DNA of 38,083 bases from Bordetella parapertussis (GTDB lineage Bacteria > Pseudomonadota > Gammaproteobacteria > Burkholderiales > SG8-41). Positions 10,203 through 20,089 of this stretch are shown here, piece by piece. Position numbers and translations under genes: made by a program. The notes below the pieces were generated by a model. That model ran no database searches and was not told where the DNA came from. It worked only from the letters and a program-made list of their open reading frames with translations. How positions within the stretch are numbered: the first letter of the stretch is position 1; the number at the start of each line of letters is the position of its first letter. The stretch spans positions 1-38,083 of the forward strand of contig CAMDDY010000002.1 of assembly GCA_945893125.1 (NCBI GenBank), given 5' to 3'.

Positions 10203-11069
10203 ATGACCAAGGCGATACGGATCGTGGTTGCGCTCGCGATTTGTTTTTGTGCAGGGTTCGCGCCCGCCATCCAAGCACAACCCGCAACATCGACTGCCGC
10301 AGTGGCGCCCTTGCTCGCCACTGTCGCCAGCGACAGCATAGACCCCAAACCCTATTTCGTCAGCGAAAAATACGACGGTGTGCGCGGGCTGTGGGACGGT
10401 CGGACCATGCGCTCGCGCGCGGGCAATGTGATCGCCGCGCCAGCGTGGTTTATCGCGAAGCTGCCCAAAGTGGCATTGGATGGCGAGTTGTGGCTGGCGC
10501 GCGGCCAGTTTGAAAAACTGTCGGGGATCGTGCGCAAAATAACGCCGCTGGATGACGAATGGCGGCAGGTCAAATTCATGGTGTTTGAATTGCCCAATGC
10601 GCCGGGGTCATTTGCCGAGCGCTACGCAGAAATCAAACGCATCACGGCGCAAGCTAATTTTGCGCAACTCGTCGCCGTGGAGCAGTTCCGCATCGAAGAC
10701 AACGCCGCGCTCAAACGCAAGCTCGCGCAAATCGTGAGCGCGGGCGGCGAAGGCCTGATGCTGCATCGCGCCGATGCGCTTTACGTGACCGGCCGCAACG
10801 ACGCGCTGCTCAAGTTAAAGCCGCTCGACGACGCCGAGGCCAAAGTGACCGGCTACGTGCCAGGCAAAGGCAAATACGCGGGCCAGATGGGCGCGCTGCA
10901 AGTCGAAACCGCGGACGGTAAGCGCTTTCAGCTTGGCACCGGTTTTACCGATGCCGTGCGCGCCAGCCCGCCCGCTATCGGCACGCTGGTGACGTATACG
11001 TATCGCGGCCTCACCAAAAACGGCCTGCCGCGTTTTGCGAGTTATTTGCGCGTGCGCGATGCATTTTGA
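10203..11069 (+). CDS. ligE: minimal ATP-dependent DNA ligase with N-terminal signal peptide (Lig E type)
   Basis: AAGGAG RBS (10190-10195). Signal peptide MTKAIRIVVALAICFCAGFAPAIQA. Nucleotidyltransferase motifs: I EKYDGVR, III FMVFEL, IV EGLMLH, V LLKLK. A short OB domain follows and there is no extra DNA-binding domain; 288 aa. Confidence 0.85.
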   Translation: MTKAIRIVVALAICFCAGFAPAIQAQPATSTAAVAPLLATVASDSIDPKPYFVSEKYDGVRGLWDGRTMRSRAGNVIAAPAWFIAKLPKVALDGELWLARGQFEKLSGIVRKITPLDDEWRQVKFMVFELPNAPGSFAERYAEIKRITAQANFAQLVAVEQFRIEDNAALKRKLAQIVSAGGEGLMLHRADALYVTGRNDALLKLKPLDDAEAKVTGYVPGKGKYAGQMGALQVETADGKRFQLGTGFTDAVRASPPAIGTLVTYTYRGLTKNGLPRFASYLRVRDAF

Positions 11070-11131
11070 AGAACCAGGGCTTCGACGCCCGCCTTGTTCT
11101 GATCTCCGGTTAATCGGGGTAAAATCCCCCG

Positions 11132-12388
11132 ATGGACGTACAAACCTACATGCAGGGCGTGGGCCGGCAGGCGCGCGCCGCCTCGCGGCTGATTGCCAAG
11201 GCTGACACTGCCGCAAAAAACCACGCGCTGACGGCCACTGCGCAGGCGATTGAGCGCGCCTCCAAAACGCTGATCGACGCCAACACGCTGGATGTTGCGC
11301 ATGCGCGCCACAAAAAACTCGACGATGCGGCGATAGACCGATTGATCCTCACGCCGAAAACCATCGCCGCGATGGCCGATGGCCTGCTGCAAATCGCGGC
11401 ATTGCCCGATCCGATAGGCGAAATCAGCGGCCTGAAATATCGTCCATCGGGCATCCAGGTCGGGCAAATGCGCGTGCCGCTGGGCGTGGTCGGTATCATT
11501 TATGAGTCACGCCCAAATGTCACGGCAGATGCGGCGGGCTTGTGTCTGAAATCCGGCAACGCGGCAATCCTGCGCGGCGGCTCGGAAGCGTTGCATTCCA
11601 ATCAGGCGATTGCCGCGTGCGTGCACGAAGGTCTCGCCGCCGCTGGTTTGCCCGAAACGGTGATTCAAGTAATTGAAACCGCCGATCGCGCAGCCGTGGG
11701 CGAACTCATCACCATGCAGGATTACGTGGATGTGATCGTGCCGCGCGGCGGCAAGGGCTTGATCGAGCGGCTGATGCGTGAATCGCGCATTCCGATGATT
11801 AAACACCTGCATGGCGTGTGCCATGTGTATATCGACGACAAGGCAGATTTCGACAAGGCCATGCGCATCGCCGACAACGCCAAGACGCAGCGCCTCGGCA
11901 CCTGCAACACCCTGGAAACGCTGCTGGTGGCGCGCGGCATTGCGCAAAAAATTCTGCCGCCACTGTGCAAAATTTATCGCGATAAAGGCATCGAGCTGCG
12001 CGGCGACGACGCGGCGCGCGCGATTTTTCCGCAGATGAATCCGGCGCGCGAAGAAGACTGGCACACCGAATATCTCGCGGCGATTCTGTCGGTGCGCGTG
12101 GTCGATGATCTCGATCAAGCCATCGAACACATCACCACCTACGGCTCGCGGCATACCGACGCCATCGTCACCGAAGACCTCACGCGCGCGCGGCGTTTCA
12201 TTGCCGAAGTCGATTCGAGTTCGGTGATGGTCAATGCCTCAACGCGATTTGCGGATGGCTACGAGTACGGCTTGGGTGCTGAAATCGGCATTTCCACCGA
12301 CAAGCTGCATGCGCGCGGGCCGGTCGGACTGGAAGGCTTGACCTCGCTCAAGTATGTGGTGTTCGGCGATGGTCATATAAGGACGTGA
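11132..12388 (+). CDS. proA: gamma-glutamyl phosphate reductase
   Basis: 418 aa, colinear with E. coli ProA ([48 protein letters not shown]). Confidence 0.95.
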   Translation: MDVQTYMQGVGRQARAASRLIAKADTAAKNHALTATAQAIERASKTLIDANTLDVAHARHKKLDDAAIDRLILTPKTIAAMADGLLQIAALPDPIGEISGLKYRPSGIQVGQMRVPLGVVGIIYESRPNVTADAAGLCLKSGNAAILRGGSEALHSNQAIAACVHEGLAAAGLPETVIQVIETADRAAVGELITMQDYVDVIVPRGGKGLIERLMRESRIPMIKHLHGVCHVYIDDKADFDKAMRIADNAKTQRLGTCNTLETLLVARGIAQKILPPLCKIYRDKGIELRGDDAARAIFPQMNPAREEDWHTEYLAAILSVRVVDDLDQAIEHITTYGSRHTDAIVTEDLTRARRFIAEVDSSSVMVNASTRFADGYEYGLGAEIGISTDKLHARGPVGLEGLTSLKYVVFGDGHIRT

Positions 12389-12480
12389 ACAAGTGAACGG
12401 GTTAACGAGTGAACGGGTAACCACGACACTGCAGGCGCGCATTTCTCTCGTTCACCCGTTCTCTCGTTCACACGTTCACG
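12385..12480. repeat. intergenic palindromic element with GTGAAC x3 / GTTCAC x3 arms
   Basis: Left arm GTGAACaaGTGAACGGGttaacgaGTGAACGGG and right arm CGTTCACCCGttctctCGTTCACacGTTCAC flank a roughly 25-nt centre. It overlaps the proA stop codon and ends 10 nt before the lpd ATG. Confidence 0.8.
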
Positions 12481-12490
12481 TGGTTTAAAA

Positions 12491-14245
12491 ATGCCGAAGC
12501 TGATTGAAGTCAAAGTCCCCGCCATCGGCGACTTTAAAAACATTCCCGTTATCGAAGTGCTGGTGAAACCCGGCGACACGGTGAAGCCGGAAGATTCGCT
12601 GGTGACGCTGGAATCCGACAAAGCCACGCTCGACGTACCCGCACCCGTTGCGGGCGTGGTGAAAGAACTCAAGGTCAAGCTCGGCGACAAGCTGTCGGAA
12701 GGCTCGCTGATTTTGATGCTGGAAACCATAGAAGCAAGCGCTGCCGCAGCACCCGATGTTTCGCCTCCCCCCTCACGCCTCACGCCTCACGCACCAGCAC
12801 CTCACGCCTCACCCCTCGCGCCTCACGCCGTAACCGCGGATATTCACACCGAAGTGCTGGTACTCGGCGCCGGCCCCGGCGGCTACACTGCTGCGTTTCG
12901 CGCCGCCGATCTGGGCAAAAAAGTGGTGCTGGTCGAACGTTATCCGACACTCGGCGGCGTGTGTCTGAACGTGGGCTGCATTCCCTCGAAGGCGTTGCTG
13001 CACGTGGCGAAGGTCATCACCGACGCCGATGAAGCCGCGCACACCGGCATCACTTTTGGCAAACCCGGCATCGATATCGACAAACTGCGCGCATGGAAAT
13101 CCGGCGTGGTGGGCAAGCTCACCAAGGGTTTATCCGGGCTGGCGAAGCAGCGCAAAGTACAGGTAGTGACCGGGCGCGGCGAATTTGCCTCGCCCAACAC
13201 GATCAAGGTTGAAACGGCAGAGGGTGTAAAGACCATCGCGTTTGAAAACTGCATCATCGCTGCGGGTTCGCAGGTTTCGCGTATTCCAGGCTTTCCTTAC
13301 GACGACAAGCGCATCATCGATTCCACCGGTGCGCTGGAACTCGCCGATATCCCGAAGCGCCTGCTGGTGGTCGGCGGCGGCATCATCGGCCTGGAAATGG
13401 CTACGGTGTACGACGCGCTGGGCAGCAAGATCACGGTGGTGGAGTTGATGGACGCTTTGATCCCCGGTGCGGATCAGGATATCGTCAAGGTGCTGCAAAA
13501 ACGCATCGCCAAGCGCTACGAAAAAATTCTGTTAAAAACCAAGGTTTCCAAAATCGAAGCCTTGAAGGAAGGACTTAAAGTTACTTTTGACGCCGGCGGC
13601 ACGCAAACCACCGACACCTTCGACGCCATTCTGATGGCGGTGGGCCGCCGTCCCAACGGACGCGAGATCAAAGCCGATGCGGCAGGTGTGACGGTGAACG
13701 AACGCGGCTTTATTCCCGTCGATAAACAACAGCGCACCAACGTGCCGCATATTTTCGCCATCGGCGACATCTGCGGCGAACCCATGCTCGCGCACAAGGC
13801 CACGCACGAAGCCAAAATCGCCGCTGAAGTTATCAGTGGACACAAGGCGTTTTTTGATGCGCGCACGATTCCTTCAGTGGCGTATACCGACCCCGAAATC
13901 GCCTGGATGGGCCTCACCGAAACACAGGCCAAGGCGCAGGGCGTCGACTACGACAAAGCGGTGTTCCCGTGGGCGGCGAGTGGCCGCGCTTTATCCACCG
14001 GACGCGACGACGGCATGACCAAGCTGCTGCTCGACAAAACCACGCGCCGCGTGCTGGGCGCGGCGATTGTCGGCGTCAACGCCGGCGAACTCATCGCCGA
14101 AGCGGTGCTGGCGCTGGAGATGGGCGCTGACGCGGCCGACCTGTGTCTGACGATACATCCGCACCCGACGCTGTCGGAGACGGTGGCCTTCGCCGCGGAG
14201 ATCGCCGAAGGGTCGATTACCGATCTTTATTTTCCGAAAAAATAG
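12491..14245 (+). CDS. lpdA: dihydrolipoyl dehydrogenase (E3) with fused N-terminal lipoyl domain
   Basis: The N-terminal 80 aa form a lipoyl domain (LVTLESDKATLDVPAP). An Ala/Pro linker follows, then GAGPGGY (FAD), the redox disulfide GGVCLNVGCIPSK, and C-terminal HPHPTLSE. 584 aa. Confidence 0.9.
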   Translation: MPKLIEVKVPAIGDFKNIPVIEVLVKPGDTVKPEDSLVTLESDKATLDVPAPVAGVVKELKVKLGDKLSEGSLILMLETIEASAAAAPDVSPPPSRLTPHAPAPHASPLAPHAVTADIHTEVLVLGAGPGGYTAAFRAADLGKKVVLVERYPTLGGVCLNVGCIPSKALLHVAKVITDADEAAHTGITFGKPGIDIDKLRAWKSGVVGKLTKGLSGLAKQRKVQVVTGRGEFASPNTIKVETAEGVKTIAFENCIIAAGSQVSRIPGFPYDDKRIIDSTGALELADIPKRLLVVGGGIIGLEMATVYDALGSKITVVELMDALIPGADQDIVKVLQKRIAKRYEKILLKTKVSKIEALKEGLKVTFDAGGTQTTDTFDAILMAVGRRPNGREIKADAAGVTVNERGFIPVDKQQRTNVPHIFAIGDICGEPMLAHKATHEAKIAAEVISGHKAFFDARTIPSVAYTDPEIAWMGLTETQAKAQGVDYDKAVFPWAASGRALSTGRDDGMTKLLLDKTTRRVLGAAIVGVNAGELIAEAVLALEMGADAADLCLTIHPHPTLSETVAFAAEIAEGSITDLYFPKK

Positions 14246-14291
14246 CCGCTCTCACACACAACGCCCATGCGTACCATGCGTATCATTCAAC

Positions 14292-16418
<2,127 letters not shown>

Positions 16419-16453
16419 CCCGCGCCCGATCCCAATCTACTCTGGTTCCACTC

Positions 16454-17653
16454 ATGAAACTTGCGCTTGAAGGCGTCAAAGTACTCGACTTGACCCATGC
16501 ACTTGCAGGCCCTTATTGCTCCACCATGCTTGCCGACCACGGCGCGCAGGTGATCAAGCTCGAAGCCTTCGGCGCGGGCGATATTGCACGCACCTGGGGC
16601 ACGGCGTTGCCCGGCGGCGAAACAGCTTATTTTGTCAGCCTGCACCGCAACAAGAAAGGCATCGAGATTGATCTTAAGCACCCGCGCGGCAAGGAACTGT
16701 TTTTTGATCTGGTCGAGCGCTGCGACATCGTGATCGAAAATTTCCGCGTCGGCACGCTGCAAAAACTCGGCCTCGGCTACGACAAGGCAAAAGCGCGCAA
16801 GCCCGGCATCATCTATTGCGCGGTCTCGGGCTTCGGCCAGAGCGGACCGTACCGCGACCGCCCCGCGCTTGACCTGATTTTACAGGCCGAAAGCGGCATG
16901 ATCAGCGTTACCGGCGAACCGAATGGGCGCGGCGTGCGCTGCGGCGTTTCCATCGCGGATCTCACCGCCGGCCTTAATGCCGCCTTCGGCATCATGGCCG
17001 CGCTGCGGGTGAAGGAAAAAACCGGACTAGGGCAGCAGGTCGATGTATCGATGATGGAAGGGCAGATGTCGCTGCTGCACTCGATGATCGGCAGCTACCT
17101 TGCCGACGCAAAAGTGCCCGGCCCGATGGGCACGGCCTACACCGCGTTAACACCGTACCAGACGTTTCGCACGCAGACCAAGGATTTTGCGCTGGCAGTG
17201 GGCAGTGAAAAACTGTGGAAAACCTTTTGCCCGGCCATTGGCCACGCGGAACTCACCGATGATCCGCGCTACGCCACCAACCGCGCGCGCATGAAAAACC
17301 GCGCCACGCTGATCCCCACGCTACAGGATATTTTCATCACCCGCACCTTCGACGACTGGGAAAAAATTCTGCTCGGCGCCGGCATTCCGTTCGGCGCGTT
17401 GAACAATATCGGGCAGGTGATCGATCACCCGCAGGTGAAAGCGCGCGGCTCGATGGTGGAAATCGACCACCCGAAAGTCGGCAAGACGAAAATCGTGGGG
17501 CCGGTGGCAAAGCTCTCCCTAACACCGGCGACCATACGTACACCGTCACCGTCGCTGGGCGAACACACCGAAGAAGTGCTGCGCGATTTTCTCGGCATGA
17601 CGCCGGATGCCATTGCGCAATTGCGCACCACCGGCGTCATCGCCAATCGTTGA
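16454..17653 (+). CDS. family III CoA-transferase (CaiB/BaiF family)
   Basis: 399 aa. N-terminal LEGVKVLDLTHALAGPYCSTMLADHGAQVIKLE, plus IENFRVG and the catalytic-Asp region VSIADLTAG, all typical of the family. Confidence 0.9.
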   Translation: MKLALEGVKVLDLTHALAGPYCSTMLADHGAQVIKLEAFGAGDIARTWGTALPGGETAYFVSLHRNKKGIEIDLKHPRGKELFFDLVERCDIVIENFRVGTLQKLGLGYDKAKARKPGIIYCAVSGFGQSGPYRDRPALDLILQAESGMISVTGEPNGRGVRCGVSIADLTAGLNAAFGIMAALRVKEKTGLGQQVDVSMMEGQMSLLHSMIGSYLADAKVPGPMGTAYTALTPYQTFRTQTKDFALAVGSEKLWKTFCPAIGHAELTDDPRYATNRARMKNRATLIPTLQDIFITRTFDDWEKILLGAGIPFGALNNIGQVIDHPQVKARGSMVEIDHPKVGKTKIVGPVAKLSLTPATIRTPSPSLGEHTEEVLRDFLGMTPDAIAQLRTTGVIANR

Positions 17654-17690
17654 TTGCGGATCATCATCTATTTTTTCAAGGAGCCCGACC

Positions 17691-18239
17691 ATGAGCCGTC
17701 TGCAACCCGTTGACCCCGCCACGCTGCCGCCCGAAGGCCGCGCCGTCTACGACAAAATCGCCAACTCGCCGCGCGGCGGGGTACGCGGACCGTTTCTGGC
17801 ACTGCTGCACGTGCCGGAAATGTGTGACCGCATGCAGCATCTCGGCGCGTTTCTGCGCTACGACACGTCGTTCGATCCGCGCTTGTCGGAAATGACCATC
17901 CTCATCGTCGCACGGCGTTTCAACTGTCAGTACGAATGGTTCGCACACGAGGCGCACGCGCAAAAAGGCGGCCTCGCGCAGCCGGTGATCGAAGCCATCC
18001 GCGAACGCCGCCGTCCCGACGGCATGAAGCCCGATGAAACGGTGCTCTACGATTACGTCACCGAGTTGGTGACGAACAACAGCATATCCGCGCCCACCTA
18101 TCAGCGCGCGCTCGACGCCTTCGGCACGCGCGGCGTGGTGGAGTTGGCGGGGCTGGCCGGTTACTACATCATGATCGGGATGACCTTGCTCGCGCACGAC
18201 TTGCAGCCACCGCCGGGCACACCCGCCTTGTTTAAGTAA
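17691..18239 (+). CDS. carboxymuconolactone decarboxylase (AhpD-like) family protein
   Basis: ATG at 17691 after AAGGAG. 182 aa with the CMD-type helix motif RFNCQYEWFAHEAHA. Confidence 0.75.
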   Translation: MSRLQPVDPATLPPEGRAVYDKIANSPRGGVRGPFLALLHVPEMCDRMQHLGAFLRYDTSFDPRLSEMTILIVARRFNCQYEWFAHEAHAQKGGLAQPVIEAIRERRRPDGMKPDETVLYDYVTELVTNNSISAPTYQRALDAFGTRGVVELAGLAGYYIMIGMTLLAHDLQPPPGTPALFK

Positions 18240-18261
18240 TACGCAAATAGAGGCAAATGCC

Positions 18262-18621
18262 ATGGCGCGAATCCTGATTGTAGACAACGAACCGACGTGC
18301 CTCCTGCTCTCCACCACCATGCTCAAGCGGGCGGGTCACGAGGTGCTGAACGCCGTAGACGGCGCGCAGGCGATTCAAGCCGCGCTTACCCATGCGCCCG
18401 ATCTCATACTCATGGACATAGGAATGCCCGACGTTGACGGAATAACCGCACTGAAAAAATTGCGCGCGGATCCGCGCACCGCGGGCATCAAGGTGGTCGC
18501 ACTCACCGCGTACGCGATCACGGGCGAACGCGAGCGCTTTCTTGCCGAAGGCTTCGACGGCTATCTGTCCAAGCCTATCCGCTACAAAGAATTTGCTGGG
18601 CAGATAGAAGCGATGCTGTAA
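18262..18621 (+). CDS. single-domain response regulator (CheY-like receiver)
   Basis: 119 aa with ILIVDNEP, LILMDIGMPDVDG (phospho-Asp), ALTA and LSKP. No output domain. Confidence 0.9.
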   Translation: MARILIVDNEPTCLLLSTTMLKRAGHEVLNAVDGAQAIQAALTHAPDLILMDIGMPDVDGITALKKLRADPRTAGIKVVALTAYAITGERERFLAEGFDGYLSKPIRYKEFAGQIEAML

Positions 18622-18632
18622 CGCCGGGTAAG

Positions 18633-18839
18633 TTACGACTTGTCAGTGCGGCGGCACAGTTCCGCGCGCAAAAAAACCGGCGCGCGGTTCTCCGCGTATT
18701 TGACCATCACCGCCTTGTCCGCCATATCCGGCGGGAATCCGTCGGGCAAGCTCACGCCGACGGCATGGCCGCGCGCGCGCATCATTGCCGCAAACTCATC
18801 GGGCGTCGCGGGCACCTGTGGCAAGCGCTCCATTTTCAT
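18633..18839 (-). CDS. hypothetical 68-aa protein (MKMERLPQVPATPDEF...)
   Basis: This is the 3' two-thirds of track ORF 18633..18944. Third codon positions are strongly GC-rich. The ATG at 18839 overlaps the TGA of the upstream mini-ORF (TGATG). No family recognised. Confidence 0.45.
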   Translation of the reverse strand: MKMERLPQVPATPDEFAAMMRARGHAVGVSLPDGFPPDMADKAVMVKYAENRAPVFLRAELCRRTDKS

Positions 18840-18964
18840 CAGCAGTTGCAGACTGACGCAGCCCGACCCGCGCGCGACAGCAGCATCCATTCCTGGGCGA
18901 AAGCGGCGGGTATCCCCGACAACGCGGTCAGACACAACACGCAAAGGATCGAAAGCACGTTCAT
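18839..18964 (-). CDS. 41-aa mini-ORF with signal-peptide-like N-terminus
   Basis: Absent from the track because it is under 60 aa. ATG at 18964 is preceded by GGGGG 7 nt upstream. It encodes MNVLSILCVLCLTALSGIPAAFA-QEWMLLSRAGRAASVCNC*. Third-position GC is higher in this frame than in the overlapping frame of the 103-aa track ORF. Confidence 0.35.
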   Translation of the reverse strand: MNVLSILCVLCLTALSGIPAAFAQEWMLLSRAGRAASVCNC

Positions 18965-19080
18965 GGGCGAGCCCCCTGTTTCAGACAATTGGCTTTTGCG
19001 CGTTCAAAAGGCGTATTATTTGACATGGTGTGGAATGCCTTTGGTCTGGAGCGCTCCAGATATTTTAATGAAGCGTCAGA

Positions 19081-20019
19081 GTGGATAGGTCCCTCTCCGT
19101 TACGCGTTCTGTGATTGCGCCGCGAAGCGGGCGACGCACGTTACTTAATCTGAACACGCTTCGGCGCAATGCTACCGCATGCTTCGCCCTCGCTGCCTTG
19201 CTGAGTGCATGCGCTGGCGTCGCGCCACGCCCTCAGTGGGAAGACCAACTGCGCGGCGACACGATTGCACTGCTCGGTGAAGTTCACGATAACGCCGAGC
19301 ATCACCGGCTGCGGCTGCAAGTGCTGCGGCGCGCGTTGGCTGCCGGGTGGCGTCCGGCTATTGCAATGGAACAATTCGATCGCGAGCGGCAGGCGGATAT
19401 AGAGCGCGCGCGTCGCGAACGGCCGCGCGATGCGCGGCATGTGATTGATCTGGCAACACCGGCAAAGGGCACGCGCGGCGGCAACTGGAACTGGGATTAC
19501 TACCGCCCCTTCGTTGAACTCGCGCTGGAATACGATGTGCCGCTCGTGGCAGCGAACCTCTCGACTGCTGATGCCAATAAAGTGGTGCGGGAAGGTTACG
19601 CCGCGGTATTCGATGCGGCATCGATGAAGGCTCTCGGGCTCGGCGCTGTCATCGCGCCCGAATGGCAAGCCGCGCAGGAACGTGAGATCGATATTGGCCA
19701 CTGCAAGGCGTTGCCGCCCTCCACGCTGCCTGCCATGGCGCGCGGCCAGTTGGCGCGCGACGCGGTGATGGCCGCTATCCTCGGCGGGCACGCGTTGCAC
19801 GGCGTGGTGTTGATTGCGGGCAACGGCCATGTGCGGCGCGATATCGGTGTGCCGCGCTGGTTGAGTCCTGCGCAGCGGACACGTGTGTTGACCGTGGGCT
19901 TTCTTGAAAGCGACATCTCGCCCGCACTGGAGACGGCGTTTGACGCCGTGGTGCGTACCGCCGCGACCGAACGGCCTGATCCATGCATTGCATTCAAGCA
20001 GCGTATGAAGCCGCCGTGA
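19081..20019 (+). CDS. ChaN-family (haem-binding uptake, Tiki-like) lipoprotein
   Basis: Lipobox ALLSACAG followed by ALLGEVHDNAEHHRL, typical of ChaN/PF04187-type proteins. Start is uncertain: GTG at 19081 (track) or GTG at 19111, neither with a good RBS. Confidence 0.7.
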   Translation: MDRSLSVTRSVIAPRSGRRTLLNLNTLRRNATACFALAALLSACAGVAPRPQWEDQLRGDTIALLGEVHDNAEHHRLRLQVLRRALAAGWRPAIAMEQFDRERQADIERARRERPRDARHVIDLATPAKGTRGGNWNWDYYRPFVELALEYDVPLVAANLSTADANKVVREGYAAVFDAASMKALGLGAVIAPEWQAAQEREIDIGHCKALPPSTLPAMARGQLARDAVMAAILGGHALHGVVLIAGNGHVRRDIGVPRWLSPAQRTRVLTVGFLESDISPALETAFDAVVRTAATERPDPCIAFKQRMKPP

Positions 20020-20089
20020 CGTGCGCTTCCACGTAGAATGCACGCTTGCCGCACGTGATGCGAGCGGTAGTCAAAACAGGGAGCGCGCC

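Noticed and set aside
14265-14282. Tandem 9-nt direct repeat CCATGCGTA x2 just upstream of the sensor kinase start
   Set aside because: Only two short copies with no symmetry or known motif. Chance occurrence cannot be excluded.
18840-18944. Taking the whole 103-aa track ORF (TTG start at 18944) as one gene
   Set aside because: Its first 35 codons have weaker third-position GC than the overlapping signal-peptide frame and no RBS. The two-ORF or frameshift interpretation fits better, but it is not proven.
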